NCBI GenBank assembly: GCA_040752695.1
Contig: JBFMGO010000117.1
Span: 1 to 18,347, forward strand
Direction: 5' to 3'
Source: a bacterium
Lineage (GTDB): Bacteria > SZUA-182 > DTGQ01
DNA: 18,347 bases
The position numbers and the translations under genes are program-made. Positions 8,405 through 16,670 of the stretch are shown one piece after another; position 1 is the stretch's first letter, and every line of letters starts with the position of its first letter. The notes under the pieces are model-generated. The model searched no databases, was not told the DNA's origin, and worked only from the letters and a program-made list of their open reading frames with translations.

Positions 8405-11400
8405 CTACTCCAACACGATTCGGACTTTCACCGGTTCTTTACCCTTGGTGAGTTTATCCAGGTATTCCTCAAAGCGCTTTTTTATTTCCGGCAGGGTGGC
8501 TGGTGAGCCACCGGAGAGCAGCGCTGTGCGCAGGTCTGTGGTCTTAACCGGAACCTTAATAAGGCCGGAGAGCACTTCCTGCAGAGCATGAATAAAGGCA
8601 GGGGCGAGGTTGTCCGGCAGCACACGCTTTTTGATGAAATCGTCTACCAGCTTTCTTTGCTCGGCCTTGAGCAAGCTTAGATTGCCCTGAGTAGTCGGGT
8701 CCTCCAGGTTAGTTAAAAGCGTCAGGGTCCAGTCATCTACCAGCTTGTCGAGCTCTCTGTCGAAACCGTCGAGCAGAGCTCCCGCGGGAGCGTTTTGCGC
8801 CTCAGCAGCCGGTTTATAGCTGCAATGCGGGCAGACAGGCGATGCATCCAGTTCCTGTTCGGTAAGTGCAAAGCAGCTCCTCAAGTCCGCCAGACGTTTC
8901 TGAAAAGCAGTCAGATGCTGATAATGCATGAGGTCGATTGCGGAAAGAGACCTCAGCACGTCGATTCGCTCATCGCCCATGAGCAGCACCTTACGCTTAT
9001 CCTCATTCACCCCAAGCCGTGCTCTGGTATGCATGACGAGGTAAATCCGTATGTACTCTTTCTTAAGGTCTGTGAGCCTGCGATGGGCATTTTGGCGGAA
9101 GGATGCAGCGCCGCGTTTAGGCGGATCACTGATCTGGCTGATAGTCTCATCGCGTACCGCTTTCATGTTGTCGATCCATTCATGATCAGCGGGCAGGACC
9201 GCCTCAGCAGTGGAAAGATAGGATGCCATAGCTCCAAGGTCGACCACCAGTTCCTGAAGGGATTCGATTTCTTTCAGTGCCTGAAGTCCATCCCGGTGGC
9301 CGCTGACTTCCTGAGCATCATACCGGAAATTTTTGAGCTTTCCAGGTGTCGTGAAGGACTGAAGTGAATCCAGGAAGTTCTTTGTCCCATCTAATCGGGA
9401 TCGCGATGTCTTGGTTTCGTCTTCAGTCAGAAGGCTGCGACCCCAGAAAAATAGACCGTTCTGCAGGCTCTGCTGAGCGAGCACTAATCGATTCACCACA
9501 GTTGTAATGGCTTTCTGTAATCCCTGAACTGCTACTTCTTGCCCCTGGGTGACCTGTTGTGCCATGCCCGGTGCCAGACCAACCAATTCGAACAAAGCCG
9601 TGAGTGCAGGCAGATTCCAGTCCCTGGGCCGCTCGATGTGTTTGAACATGACCATTTCGTCAACACTGGTTCCGGCCAATTGAGGAAGACTTGTGGCATC
9701 GAATTTGTTGCCGGGGATAGCCAGCACCAATTCACCTGCGTAAACCAGTGCAGCCAGGAGTACTACAGTCCATTCTGGCTCCAACCGCAATGTCTGCGGG
9801 GCCAGATACTCCACACCGAGGATGTCCTGGATCAGCTCGGAGCGATTAACTACCTGACCGTGTCCCTTCTTTTTTACAATTTCAAGGATATGGTTGGCAT
9901 ATTTTGACCGATACGGGTCGAGCTTGTCGCCATCGAGAAGCTCAAGGGCATCCAGTACCGCTTTGGCCTGTTTGGTGCGATTGGGCTCGGCAATGGCAAT
10001 AGCCCGTAATGCATCCTGGGCAGCCTGGGCACGGTTAGCTCCGGTAATGAGTACCGAGAAGGACGGGTAGTCTGGTGCCTGATCCCGGAAATAGGCACTG
10101 AAGCAAATACCGGCGATGGTGTTTATCAGGTCACGGAAGGTAATACGCTCGTGCGAGGCGATGCCGGACAACTCTCGGGCGGATTTGCCCTTAGCCCACT
10201 CGGTCAAGGACTTGCTTCGCCCCAGGTAGGTAACCTCAAAGGCCGTTGTCATGTTTTTTTGCAACCACTGCCCCAGTTCACCCAGAAAGGTGGACGCCTT
10301 GGACTCATAGGTTGACTTGGCTTGGCCTGAAGCGGTGGATGCCAGGTCCAAGGAGGCAGTATAATTGCGAAGTGCCATGCGAAAGGACTCGTCCATATTT
10401 GTTAAGCGAAGGAAAATCTCGTCTGACTTCTTCTCATCCTTAAAGTAGGGTGCATCAAAGGGCTGAATAAAGTAGATGTAAAAGTCTCGTGCCGGTATCG
10501 CTGTGGAACGCTCATTGGGCGCACCGAAAAAGAGATAACCCTGGCGGTTAGCCTTCTTCTCCAGCCATTCGAGCTCGTGCTGCCAAATCTTATACCCGGT
10601 TACGTAGGTGGGCTGGTCAATACACTCCATGACCATTTTCAGTGCCTCGTAATAGTAGCGATCGAGCTGGGAGCCATCAAGACTCTCGGCACGCTTTTCG
10701 ATCAGTGCATCGAAGTCGGCGGTTTTTTTCAGGTCAAGGTAATATTGATGATTGTTCGGATTGGATGAAATGAACTGGCCATTCACTGTCTTACGGATTT
10801 CTCGCAGAACGGTTTCTACCTGAGAGAGCAGATCGTCGGCAGGATCACCGCCCAGGTCCTCGATGCCAGGTTGATACAGGCAGAGCCCATCGCGTAACTC
10901 CTCTGCAGTTGCTCCCAGAGGAGCGTAGATATCGCCAGTGGTCAGCCGATGAACGGATAAGGCATGGATGACCTGCAGCGCCATAGGCTTGTAGGCTGGC
11001 CGTGTGAAGGCTTGCTGGATGCGGGATTCCAATACCTGGCTGCAATCGATGACATCCTTAATATCCGGCACAGCACGGAATGATGGATTCTCACGCAGGT
11101 TCGTCCAGTAGCTGTCGTAAGCGATCAATCCGGGCCGGTCGTCTGGGACATCTTGACTAAGCAAATTCTTCATAGCCAGCGATAGTGTTTTGAGCACCTC
11201 ACGTTTTTCTACTGCTGTGACCCGCTCAAAGGTATCGATATAATCGGGATGCACGGGGAAGAGGCGGACAAACTCATCCATGCGCTCGTTCATATGGCCG
11301 TAAAACTTGGAATAAGGAGCCAGATACTCGCGTATTTTTGTCTGCTGTTCGCCGGTTTTTTTGAGTAGGCGCTCGGACACCACAAACTTGACATCCTTGC

Positions 11401-12142
11401 GGGCAATAAGGATCTGCTCGAAGCGGTCTTTCACCCTGCGGATGCTATCGGCCACAAAAGAGAAGCGGGGACTATCGAAGATAGCCTCCTGCACACCGGC
11501 AATGAAACGAAAACGCAGATCCTTGCAAACTTCGCCGATCTCCCGGAGGAAGTTCAGGTCGAGCATGAGCTCCTGATCATTGCGTGTGCGTAAGTAGTCG
11601 AGCAACTCGTCCACTACCAGGAGCAGACCATGGTCAGGATATTCCTGATGAAATGCGGCCATCATCTCCTCAAAGGCCCGCTTATTGCTGGAGACTTCAT
11701 CCGTCGAAGGGAATGAATAGGCAACTCCTATGGCTGCCAGATGCTCTTCCAACTCGGCAGTGAGGATGTCATGTAAGGACATAGTGGTCGATCCAATCTC
11801 GGCGCGCACCACCTTAAAACGGCCACTGATCTTACTCGCTGCATTGGCTACGCTGCTATTATTCAAATATGGCGAGAGCTCCTCATTCTCTGCCAGGGCG
11901 GAAATCACTGACATGAGATGGGATTTACCAGTGCCGTAATTGCCAACGACCAGAAGACCTTTATTGTCGATTGGCTGGTCAAACTGAAGATGGGGAATGA
12001 GCAGATTTGTCAGCCTTTCGGCCATCTCTTCAGAAATAACATAGGTCTTGACAAGCTGCTGGGCAGCAGCCGCTTTGTCGGCAGTCCGCAACTGAACCAC
12101 GGACTCGATTGGCTCAAACCGGATCAGATCTCCATATTTCAT
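8405..12142 (-). CDS. brxC: BREX type 3 BrxC/PglY large P-loop ATPase (DUF6079 family)
   Basis: 1245 aa. N-terminus [18 protein letters not shown], Walker [15 protein letters not shown], Walker [21 protein letters not shown]-terminal CPHC and ...[21 protein letters not shown] at 12156..12151. Sits between brxF and the methylase. Confidence 0.9.
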   Translation of the reverse strand: MKYGDLIRFEPIESVVQLRTADKAAAAQQLVKTYVISEEMAERLTNLLIPHLQFDQPIDNKGLLVVGNYGTGKSHLMSVISALAENEELSPYLNNSSVANAASKISGRFKVVRAEIGSTTMSLHDILTAELEEHLAAIGVAYSFPSTDEVSSNKRAFEEMMAAFHQEYPDHGLLLVVDELLDYLRTRNDQELMLDLNFLREIGEVCKDLRFRFIAGVQEAIFDSPRFSFVADSIRRVKDRFEQILIARKDVKFVVSERLLKKTGEQQTKIREYLAPYSKFYGHMNERMDEFVRLFPVHPDYIDTFERVTAVEKREVLKTLSLAMKNLLSQDVPDDRPGLIAYDSYWTNLRENPSFRAVPDIKDVIDCSQVLESRIQQAFTRPAYKPMALQVIHALSVHRLTTGDIYAPLGATAEELRDGLCLYQPGIEDLGGDPADDLLSQVETVLREIRKTVNGQFISSNPNNHQYYLDLKKTADFDALIEKRAESLDGSQLDRYYYEALKMVMECIDQPTYVTGYKIWQHELEWLEKKANRQGYLFFGAPNERSTAIPARDFYIYFIQPFDAPYFKDEKKSDEIFLRLTNMDESFRMALRNYTASLDLASTASGQAKSTYESKASTFLGELGQWLQKNMTTAFEVTYLGRSKSLTEWAKGKSARELSGIASHERITFRDLINTIAGICFSAYFRDQAPDYPSFSVLITGANRAQAAQDALRAIAIAEPNRTKQAKAVLDALELLDGDKLDPYRSKYANHILEIVKKKGHGQVVNRSELIQDILGVEYLAPQTLRLEPEWTVVLLAALVYAGELVLAIPGNKFDATSLPQLAGTSVDEMVMFKHIERPRDWNLPALTALFELVGLAPGMAQQVTQGQEVAVQGLQKAITTVVNRLVLAQQSLQNGLFFWGRSLLTEDETKTSRSRLDGTKNFLDSLQSFTTPGKLKNFRYDAQEVSGHRDGLQALKEIESLQELVVDLGAMASYLSTAEAVLPADHEWIDNMKAVRDETISQISDPPKRGAASFRQNAHRRLTDLKKEYIRIYLVMHTRARLGVNEDKRKVLLMGDERIDVLRSLSAIDLMHYQHLTAFQKRLADLRSCFALTEQELDASPVCPHCSYKPAAEAQNAPAGALLDGFDRELDKLVDDWTLTLLTNLEDPTTQGNLSLLKAEQRKLVDDFIKKRVLPDNLAPAFIHALQEVLSGLIKVPVKTTDLRTALLSGGSPATLPEIKKRFEEYLDKLTKGKEPVKVRIVLE

Positions 12143-12192
12143 CGCGTCTGCCTCCTAACCGATTTTGTTTGGTGCTTTCGTTGCTTTCATCC

Positions 12193-12269
12193 CGCAGTAT
12201 CCGGCCTTTTATTTTGCAGCATCCGGCCTTTTAATTCGCAGTATCCAACCTTTTAATTCGCAGTATCCG
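12193..12269. repeat. 22-bp tandem direct repeat, 3.5 copies, between brxF and brxC
   Basis: cgcagtatccggccttttattt (12193) / tgcagcatccggccttttaatt (12215) / cgcagtatccaaccttttaatt (12237) / cgcagtatccg (12259). No spacers between copies. Confidence 0.95.
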
Positions 12270-12275
12270 AGCTCA

Positions 12276-12755
12276 CTACCTGGAAACGGCATCCGGATTA
12301 ACTACCAGGAAATCGCGAAGCGGGTATCGCCTGTATTCCGGATGATCAGGCGTGGCATAGGTTATGTGTTCGTTATCGATTGTACCATTCCATGCAGCGA
12401 CTGTCGTCTTGCTGCGAGAAAGCCCCTGCAGAAGCCGAAGCGGGTCCTGTTTAAGTGATACATCAAACAGCACTTCAATATTATCGAGCAAAATTACTTC
12501 AGATTGAAACGCATTTATGATCTCCTGAAGCAGGCGGGGCAGCAGAAGCGCCCGCTGACGTTCAGTGAGATCGAGCATGCGGCGGGAAAGCTCAAGATTA
12601 ATATTGACCAGCGGTGCACCCAGGCGGCTATGAATATCCTGAAGGGCCACGGTTTTTCCCGCACCTGCCGGTGCTACCATGATGATAAGGCGGTAGTACA
12701 GCTCAAGCGCATGATCGATTTTTTGCATAACCTTATCAGCAAGTGGCTCCGCCAT
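12276..12755 (-). CDS. brxF: BREX-3 system small P-loop protein BrxF
   Basis: 159 aa. YYRLIIMVAPAGAGKT (Walker A), VNINLELSRRML, ILLDNIEVLFD..LKQDPLRLLQGLSR, WNG..ITYATPDHPEYRRY. Directly precedes brxC. Confidence 0.92.
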   Translation of the reverse strand: MAEPLADKVMQKIDHALELYYRLIIMVAPAGAGKTVALQDIHSRLGAPLVNINLELSRRMLDLTERQRALLLPRLLQEIINAFQSEVILLDNIEVLFDVSLKQDPLRLLQGLSRSKTTVAAWNGTIDNEHITYATPDHPEYRRYPLRDFLVVNPDAVSR

Positions 12756-12796
12756 TCCTGATTTTCCTACTTACCTGCGATTTCCCTATCTTCCTA

Positions 12797-12991
12797 TTAC
12801 AAATGTGGCTCTTCGGGTTTCGTCTCTTCCAGCCAACGATCGATGGCTATCTTCCTGAATCGCCAATGGCGGCCTACTTTCTGGGAAGGAATTTTTCTCT
12901 CCCGAACGAGTTTATAAAGTGTGGACTTCGGGATTTTCAGGTAGGCAGTCAACTCTTCGATGGTCAGGACATCGCTCAGTTTCTCTTCCAT
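12797..12991 (-). CDS. Excisionase-like (HTH_17, Xis/BldC-type) winged-helix DNA-binding protein, probable operon regulator
   Basis: 64 aa from ATG 12991 (RBS GGAGAGGTG upstream). VLTIEELTAYLKIPKSTLYKLVRERKIPSQKVGRHWRFRK..IDRWL is the typical HTH_17 pattern. Confidence 0.88.
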   Translation of the reverse strand: MEEKLSDVLTIEELTAYLKIPKSTLYKLVRERKIPSQKVGRHWRFRKIAIDRWLEETKPEEPHL

Positions 12992-13060
12992 CAGAAGCAC
13001 CTCTCCGGCTACTGGGCGAAAACAAACCCAGTATCCCTCTAAAAAAAATCTATAACAATC

Positions 13061-13093
13061 TCACAGTTTACAGTTAGTGACAGTTGATGTCAA
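13061..13093 (-). promoter_or_regulatory. Sigma70-type promoter for the HTH-brxF-brxC operon, with three ACAGTT direct repeats
   Basis: Minus strand TTGACA (13093..13088), 17-nt spacer, TAAACT (13070..13065). ACAGTT occurs at 13063, 13070 and 13080. Confidence 0.75.
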
Positions 13094-13206
13094 GCGCTTT
13101 TCCAGAGAGAGTAGATGGAAGCCCTTTATATAGAACAAAGAAGCCAGGATATTGTGTGTTGCTTTCATCGAGTCCGCTATAATCATCACCCCATACTCAG
13201 CATCAA

Positions 13207-13298
13207 GTAGCTATTAAAATAATTATGTATAACTACACACAAATTTTACGTTAAAGCTGATATCCTTTAATGGTAAAGGTTGTAAATATTTACGTAAA
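13207..13298. promoter_or_regulatory. AT-rich palindrome cluster upstream of the phage head operon
   Basis: GTAGCTAT...ATAACTAC (13207-13236), TTTTACGTTAAA (13244-13255), CCTTTA-atgg-TAAAGG (13264-13279), GTAAATATTTAC (13282-13293), TTTACGTAAA (13289-13298). Positions 13211-13320 contain 26 G/C in 110 nt. Confidence 0.45.
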
Positions 13299-13368
13299 AA
13301 ATTAGCAAAGTAAGCTATGTAAGGTTGTCTCCATATATCCTGTTTTATACATCAAGAGGTTAGCAAAA

Positions 13369-14748
13369 ATGCCACTTCCTGTGCCCATACTGGAAGAACA
13401 AGAGAGCCAGTTCATTTCTCGATTCATGGCCGATGCGACGGCTCAGAAAGAGTATCCTGAAGAGAGCCAGCGCATGAATGCAGCCTGTAGCATTTGGAAG
13501 GAGAAGGATAAAAAGAAGGATGTTGTCAGGAGAAATATCCAGGTCCATCTCGATATGGCCAAACAGGATAAGTATTCCATCACTCCTGAAGGGTTCCTGG
13601 TCTGTAATGCTTATGTGACACGGTCGGGGATTTTCGATTACTACGATGCGGACGGCAAGTTGATTCGTGAGTATCGTCCTCCGGAAGAGGTTTTTCATCC
13701 GGAATCCATGAACTCTCTCAGGTTGGTTCCGGTTACATTCAACCATCCTGACGTGATGATCACCGTAAACAATGTGAGAGATTTCCAGGTTGGGACTACG
13801 GGGGAGAATATTGATCGGGAAGAGGATTTTGTCAGATGCACTATAAAAATATTGAACCAATCGGTAATACACTATGTAATGACACGGCATAATAATGGCC
13901 AGGCCATTGAATTATCGTGCGGATATGATTGTGACACCGTCCCGATTGTGGGTGAGTATAGGGGAGAAAAATACGATTCGGTACAGATGAACATCCGGTA
14001 CAACCATGTGAGTATCGTAGATCGGGGAAGGGCCGGACGTGATGTGCGTCTAAAACTAGACCATAAAGAGGAGGGGCAGAAGATGCCGGTGAAGTTTAAA
14101 AAGAAAGCGATCAAGCTTGATTCTTTCACAATGGACGAGATTAACGAGGATATTCCTGAAGAGGCGGGTCCGGTCGTTGATCGGCTATCCGTGAAACTCG
14201 ACGAAGCCACCGAGGTCATTCAATCCAAGGATGCCCAACTGAAGGATGCCAGGAAAAAGATCGACGATGCCCAGGTGGAGATACAAGCCAAAATGGACCA
14301 GATCCAGGATGCCACCAAAAAGATCGATGCCATGCAGGCCAAGCTGGATCAGACCACCGAGGAGCTCAAAAAGGCGAAGAAGGATGTGGAAGAGCTCTCC
14401 AACATGGAGTCTCCCAGGATCAAGTCCATGCTTCGGGCAAAGGCTACGCTGGAGAGTGTGGCGGATAAACTGAAAGTCGAGCGCAAGGACAAAGATCCCA
14501 AAGAATTGAAGATCGAGATTATCAAAGCGGTCTCCTCGGATTTTAATCCTGAAGGGAAATCTGATGAGTACATCAGCGCCCGCTACGACAGTGTGGTGGA
14601 ATTCGTCGCCCAGGCTGAAAAAGATGCCAACAATTCTGCACTTGGGACATTTATTAAGCAAGCCAAGGATGCAGCCAATCGTGTTCCGGCAGATCCACGG
14701 AAGGAATTCATCAAGAAATCCCAGGAGTATTCCAAGGGGAATAAATAA
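13369..14748 (+). CDS. Phage capsid maturation protease/scaffold fusion (DUF2213 family)
   Basis: 459 aa. ITPEGFLVC..VTRSGIFDY, EYRPPEEVFHPESMNSL..VPVTFNHP, ELSCGYDCD, YDSVQMNIRYNHVSIVDRGRAG, followed by a coiled-coil scaffold and GKSDEYISARYD. RBS AGAGGT. Confidence 0.9.
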   Translation: MPLPVPILEEQESQFISRFMADATAQKEYPEESQRMNAACSIWKEKDKKKDVVRRNIQVHLDMAKQDKYSITPEGFLVCNAYVTRSGIFDYYDADGKLIREYRPPEEVFHPESMNSLRLVPVTFNHPDVMITVNNVRDFQVGTTGENIDREEDFVRCTIKILNQSVIHYVMTRHNNGQAIELSCGYDCDTVPIVGEYRGEKYDSVQMNIRYNHVSIVDRGRAGRDVRLKLDHKEEGQKMPVKFKKKAIKLDSFTMDEINEDIPEEAGPVVDRLSVKLDEATEVIQSKDAQLKDARKKIDDAQVEIQAKMDQIQDATKKIDAMQAKLDQTTEELKKAKKDVEELSNMESPRIKSMLRAKATLESVADKLKVERKDKDPKELKIEIIKAVSSDFNPEGKSDEYISARYDSVVEFVAQAEKDANNSALGTFIKQAKDAANRVPADPRKEFIKKSQEYSKGNK

Positions 14749-14805
14749 AAGTTTTTCAATATCTTGTGGCTAAGTATAACTCGTAAAAAAACAGGAGACC
14801 ATTTC

Positions 14806-15585
14806 ATGCAAACAGAAGTGTTAACGAGTATGGCCATCGGCCTCCCAGGCCAGTTGGCAGACATTTCGAATTGCCAGATCGATAGCTACGTGAACGGGTC
14901 TAAGCAGCTTGACGAGGTCACCATCACTGCTGCTGACGCTGCCACCACCGTGACCATTAACGGCACCGCTTTCACCGTTAATGTCGCGGCTGCCGCTAAA
15001 ACCAAGGCAGAGTTGGTGGCACTGCTCATTGCCGCCATTAACGCGGGGACTCAGCCTGTGATGGCATCCGAAGGGTCTGCCACTGACAAAATGTATATCA
15101 GGGCAGATGTCCACGGAACCGCCTTCACTGCGGTAGGAACAACCAACTGCACGGTTGCCCATGTCGTTTTGAACGAAGCGACCATCCCCTTCGGCGTCCT
15201 CGTTGTACAGGACAAATGGAGCGGGTTGGACAAAACCGCCCACTTGCCCTCTTTGACGGCTGAAATCACTACTGCCAGTGTTCCTCTTGGGGTCACCGTG
15301 CATACTCAGGCACTGGAGCAGGCCATTGCTGGCGCTACCAATGTCGGCTACCCGGCATTTAGCTCGATGTCCGTTCTTCGGAGGGGCAGGATCTATGTGC
15401 AGGTGGAGAATGCAGTAAAGGCCGGGGATGTCCCATACGTGAGATTTTCCGCAGGGGTGGGAGAACAACTTGGATCGTTCCGGTCGGATGCTGACACTGC
15501 CGATGCTTCGATATTGCCGTATTCCAGGTTTGTCACCTCGGCTGGTGCTGGCGGGATCGCAATTCTCGAAGTGAACTTGCCCTAA
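14806..15585 (+). CDS. Phage head decoration/cement protein with an inserted domain
   Basis: Starts MQTEV after RBS AGGAG (14793-14797). GLPGQLAD...IPFGVLVVQ...MSVLRRGRIYVQVENAVKAGDVPYVRF...SRFVTSAGAGGIAILEVNLP. Lies between the DUF2213 gene and the major capsid gene. Confidence 0.8.
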   Translation: MQTEVLTSMAIGLPGQLADISNCQIDSYVNGSKQLDEVTITAADAATTVTINGTAFTVNVAAAAKTKAELVALLIAAINAGTQPVMASEGSATDKMYIRADVHGTAFTAVGTTNCTVAHVVLNEATIPFGVLVVQDKWSGLDKTAHLPSLTAEITTASVPLGVTVHTQALEQAIAGATNVGYPAFSSMSVLRRGRIYVQVENAVKAGDVPYVRFSAGVGEQLGSFRSDADTADASILPYSRFVTSAGAGGIAILEVNLP

Positions 15586-15629
15586 TGTATTGTAATTATA
15601 TTGAGTTGATTTATATGGGGGGCTTAACG

Positions 15630-16577
15630 ATGCCTATACGGTTTGATGCAGTGCGGCATCATTTTGATGCCAACGAGACTTTGTTTTTCGCCAGGGAACT
15701 GGAGAGTATCGAGAAAACTACCTATGAATTCAAGGAGAAAGAACTCAAATACCGCAAGTTCGTCCCTGTCAGCAACCGGGACAATCCGGGTGCGGAATCG
15801 ATCACGTATCACATGCTCGGCAAGGTCGGTATGGCCAGGATCATTTCGGACTATTCCCACGATCTGCCCAGGGCGGATGTATATGGGAAAGAGTATACCC
15901 AATCCGTGAAAACTGTCGGTATCTCCTTTGGATACAACACGCAGGAGATCCGGGCCGCAATCATGGCCAACAAACCCCTGGACACCATGAAAGCGGACGC
16001 CGCCCGACGGGCGCTGCGGGAGAAAGAATCCTCCATCGTCTGGACCGGGGATACGGAGCATAACATCATCGGCCTTTTGAACAACCCCAATATCGCTGTC
16101 GTCGCTTCTCAAAATGGGGCTGCAAGCTCTCCCACCTGGGCACTGAAGACTGCTGATGAAATCATCAATGATGTCAGAATCATGACGTCTCGGGTCCGGA
16201 CTCAGTCCAAGGGGGTTCATAATGCTGACACTTTGCTTTTGCCCATCGATCAGTACGATATCCTGGCCACCAAGCCTCGATCCGTCAATAGCGATACGAC
16301 CGTTTTGGAATACCTGCAGAAGCCGGGGAACTCCTTCGGTCTGACCACCATCGATTGGCTGCCGACCGAATTGGACAACGCCTTCACGGGCGGGACCGAA
16401 GATGGCGCCATCTGCTATGAAAGGTCTGCCGAGGTCCTGGAGCAGAGGATTCCTCTTGAACTGCAACTGCTGCCCATTCAGGCCAAGGGGCTTGAGTTCG
16501 TTATCCCTGGAGAATCCCGACACGGCGGCGTCGTGGTTCGCTATCCTCTGGCAATGGTCTTTTTCACAGGTATTTGA
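15630..16577 (+). CDS. Phage major capsid protein (DUF2184 family, HK97 fold)
   Basis: FFARELESIE..YE, VPVSN..PGAESITY, GMARIISDYSHDLPRAD, FGYNTQEI, IIGLLNNPN, WALKTADEIINDV, SRHGGVVVRYPLA..FTGI. Start at ATG 15630 after a G-rich RBS. Confidence 0.92.
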   Translation: MPIRFDAVRHHFDANETLFFARELESIEKTTYEFKEKELKYRKFVPVSNRDNPGAESITYHMLGKVGMARIISDYSHDLPRADVYGKEYTQSVKTVGISFGYNTQEIRAAIMANKPLDTMKADAARRALREKESSIVWTGDTEHNIIGLLNNPNIAVVASQNGAASSPTWALKTADEIINDVRIMTSRVRTQSKGVHNADTLLLPIDQYDILATKPRSVNSDTTVLEYLQKPGNSFGLTTIDWLPTELDNAFTGGTEDGAICYERSAEVLEQRIPLELQLLPIQAKGLEFVIPGESRHGGVVVRYPLAMVFFTGI

Positions 16578-16670
16578 TGCTGCATTTACTGCTGATATCT
16601 GATGTTGGTGTTTGATGCTGGTATTGGATGTTGATATGTAATATCGGTATAAAATGCCGACATTGATGTT
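16569..16670. repeat. Degenerate 13-bp tandem repeat, 8 copies, starting on the capsid gene's last codons
   Basis: ggtatttgatgct / gcatttactgct / gatatctgatgtt / ggtgtttgatgct / ggtattggatgtt / gatatgtaatatc / ggtataaaatgcc / gacattgatgtt. Consensus G(G/A)TATTTGATG(C/T)T. Confidence 0.8.

Larger units (their letters stand above)
105..13093 (-). other. Defence operon: partial type 3 BREX with nested Schlafen-like and Avs-like genes
   Basis: Six co-oriented genes behind one clear promoter. The brxF-brxC-pglXI order matches type 3 BREX. Gaps between genes are 2-133 bp. Confidence 0.82.

Noticed and set aside
12193..12269. Possible mini-CRISPR array
   Set aside because: The units are contiguous with no unique spacers, and there are no cas genes in the window.
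12797..12991. True prophage excisionase marking an att boundary
   Set aside because: There is no adjacent integrase. It heads the BREX operon with its own promoter, so a regulator is more likely.
13152..13183. Rightward sigma70 promoter using TATAAT at 13178-13183
   Set aside because: Candidate -35 boxes (TTGTGT, TTGCTT) give spacers of 20 or 13 nt and there is no TG extension. Too weak to call.
15630..16577. Encapsulin nanocompartment shell interpretation of the HK97-fold gene
   Set aside because: It is flanked by protease/scaffold, decoration, adaptor and neck genes, and no cargo enzyme is present. The context is a virion head.
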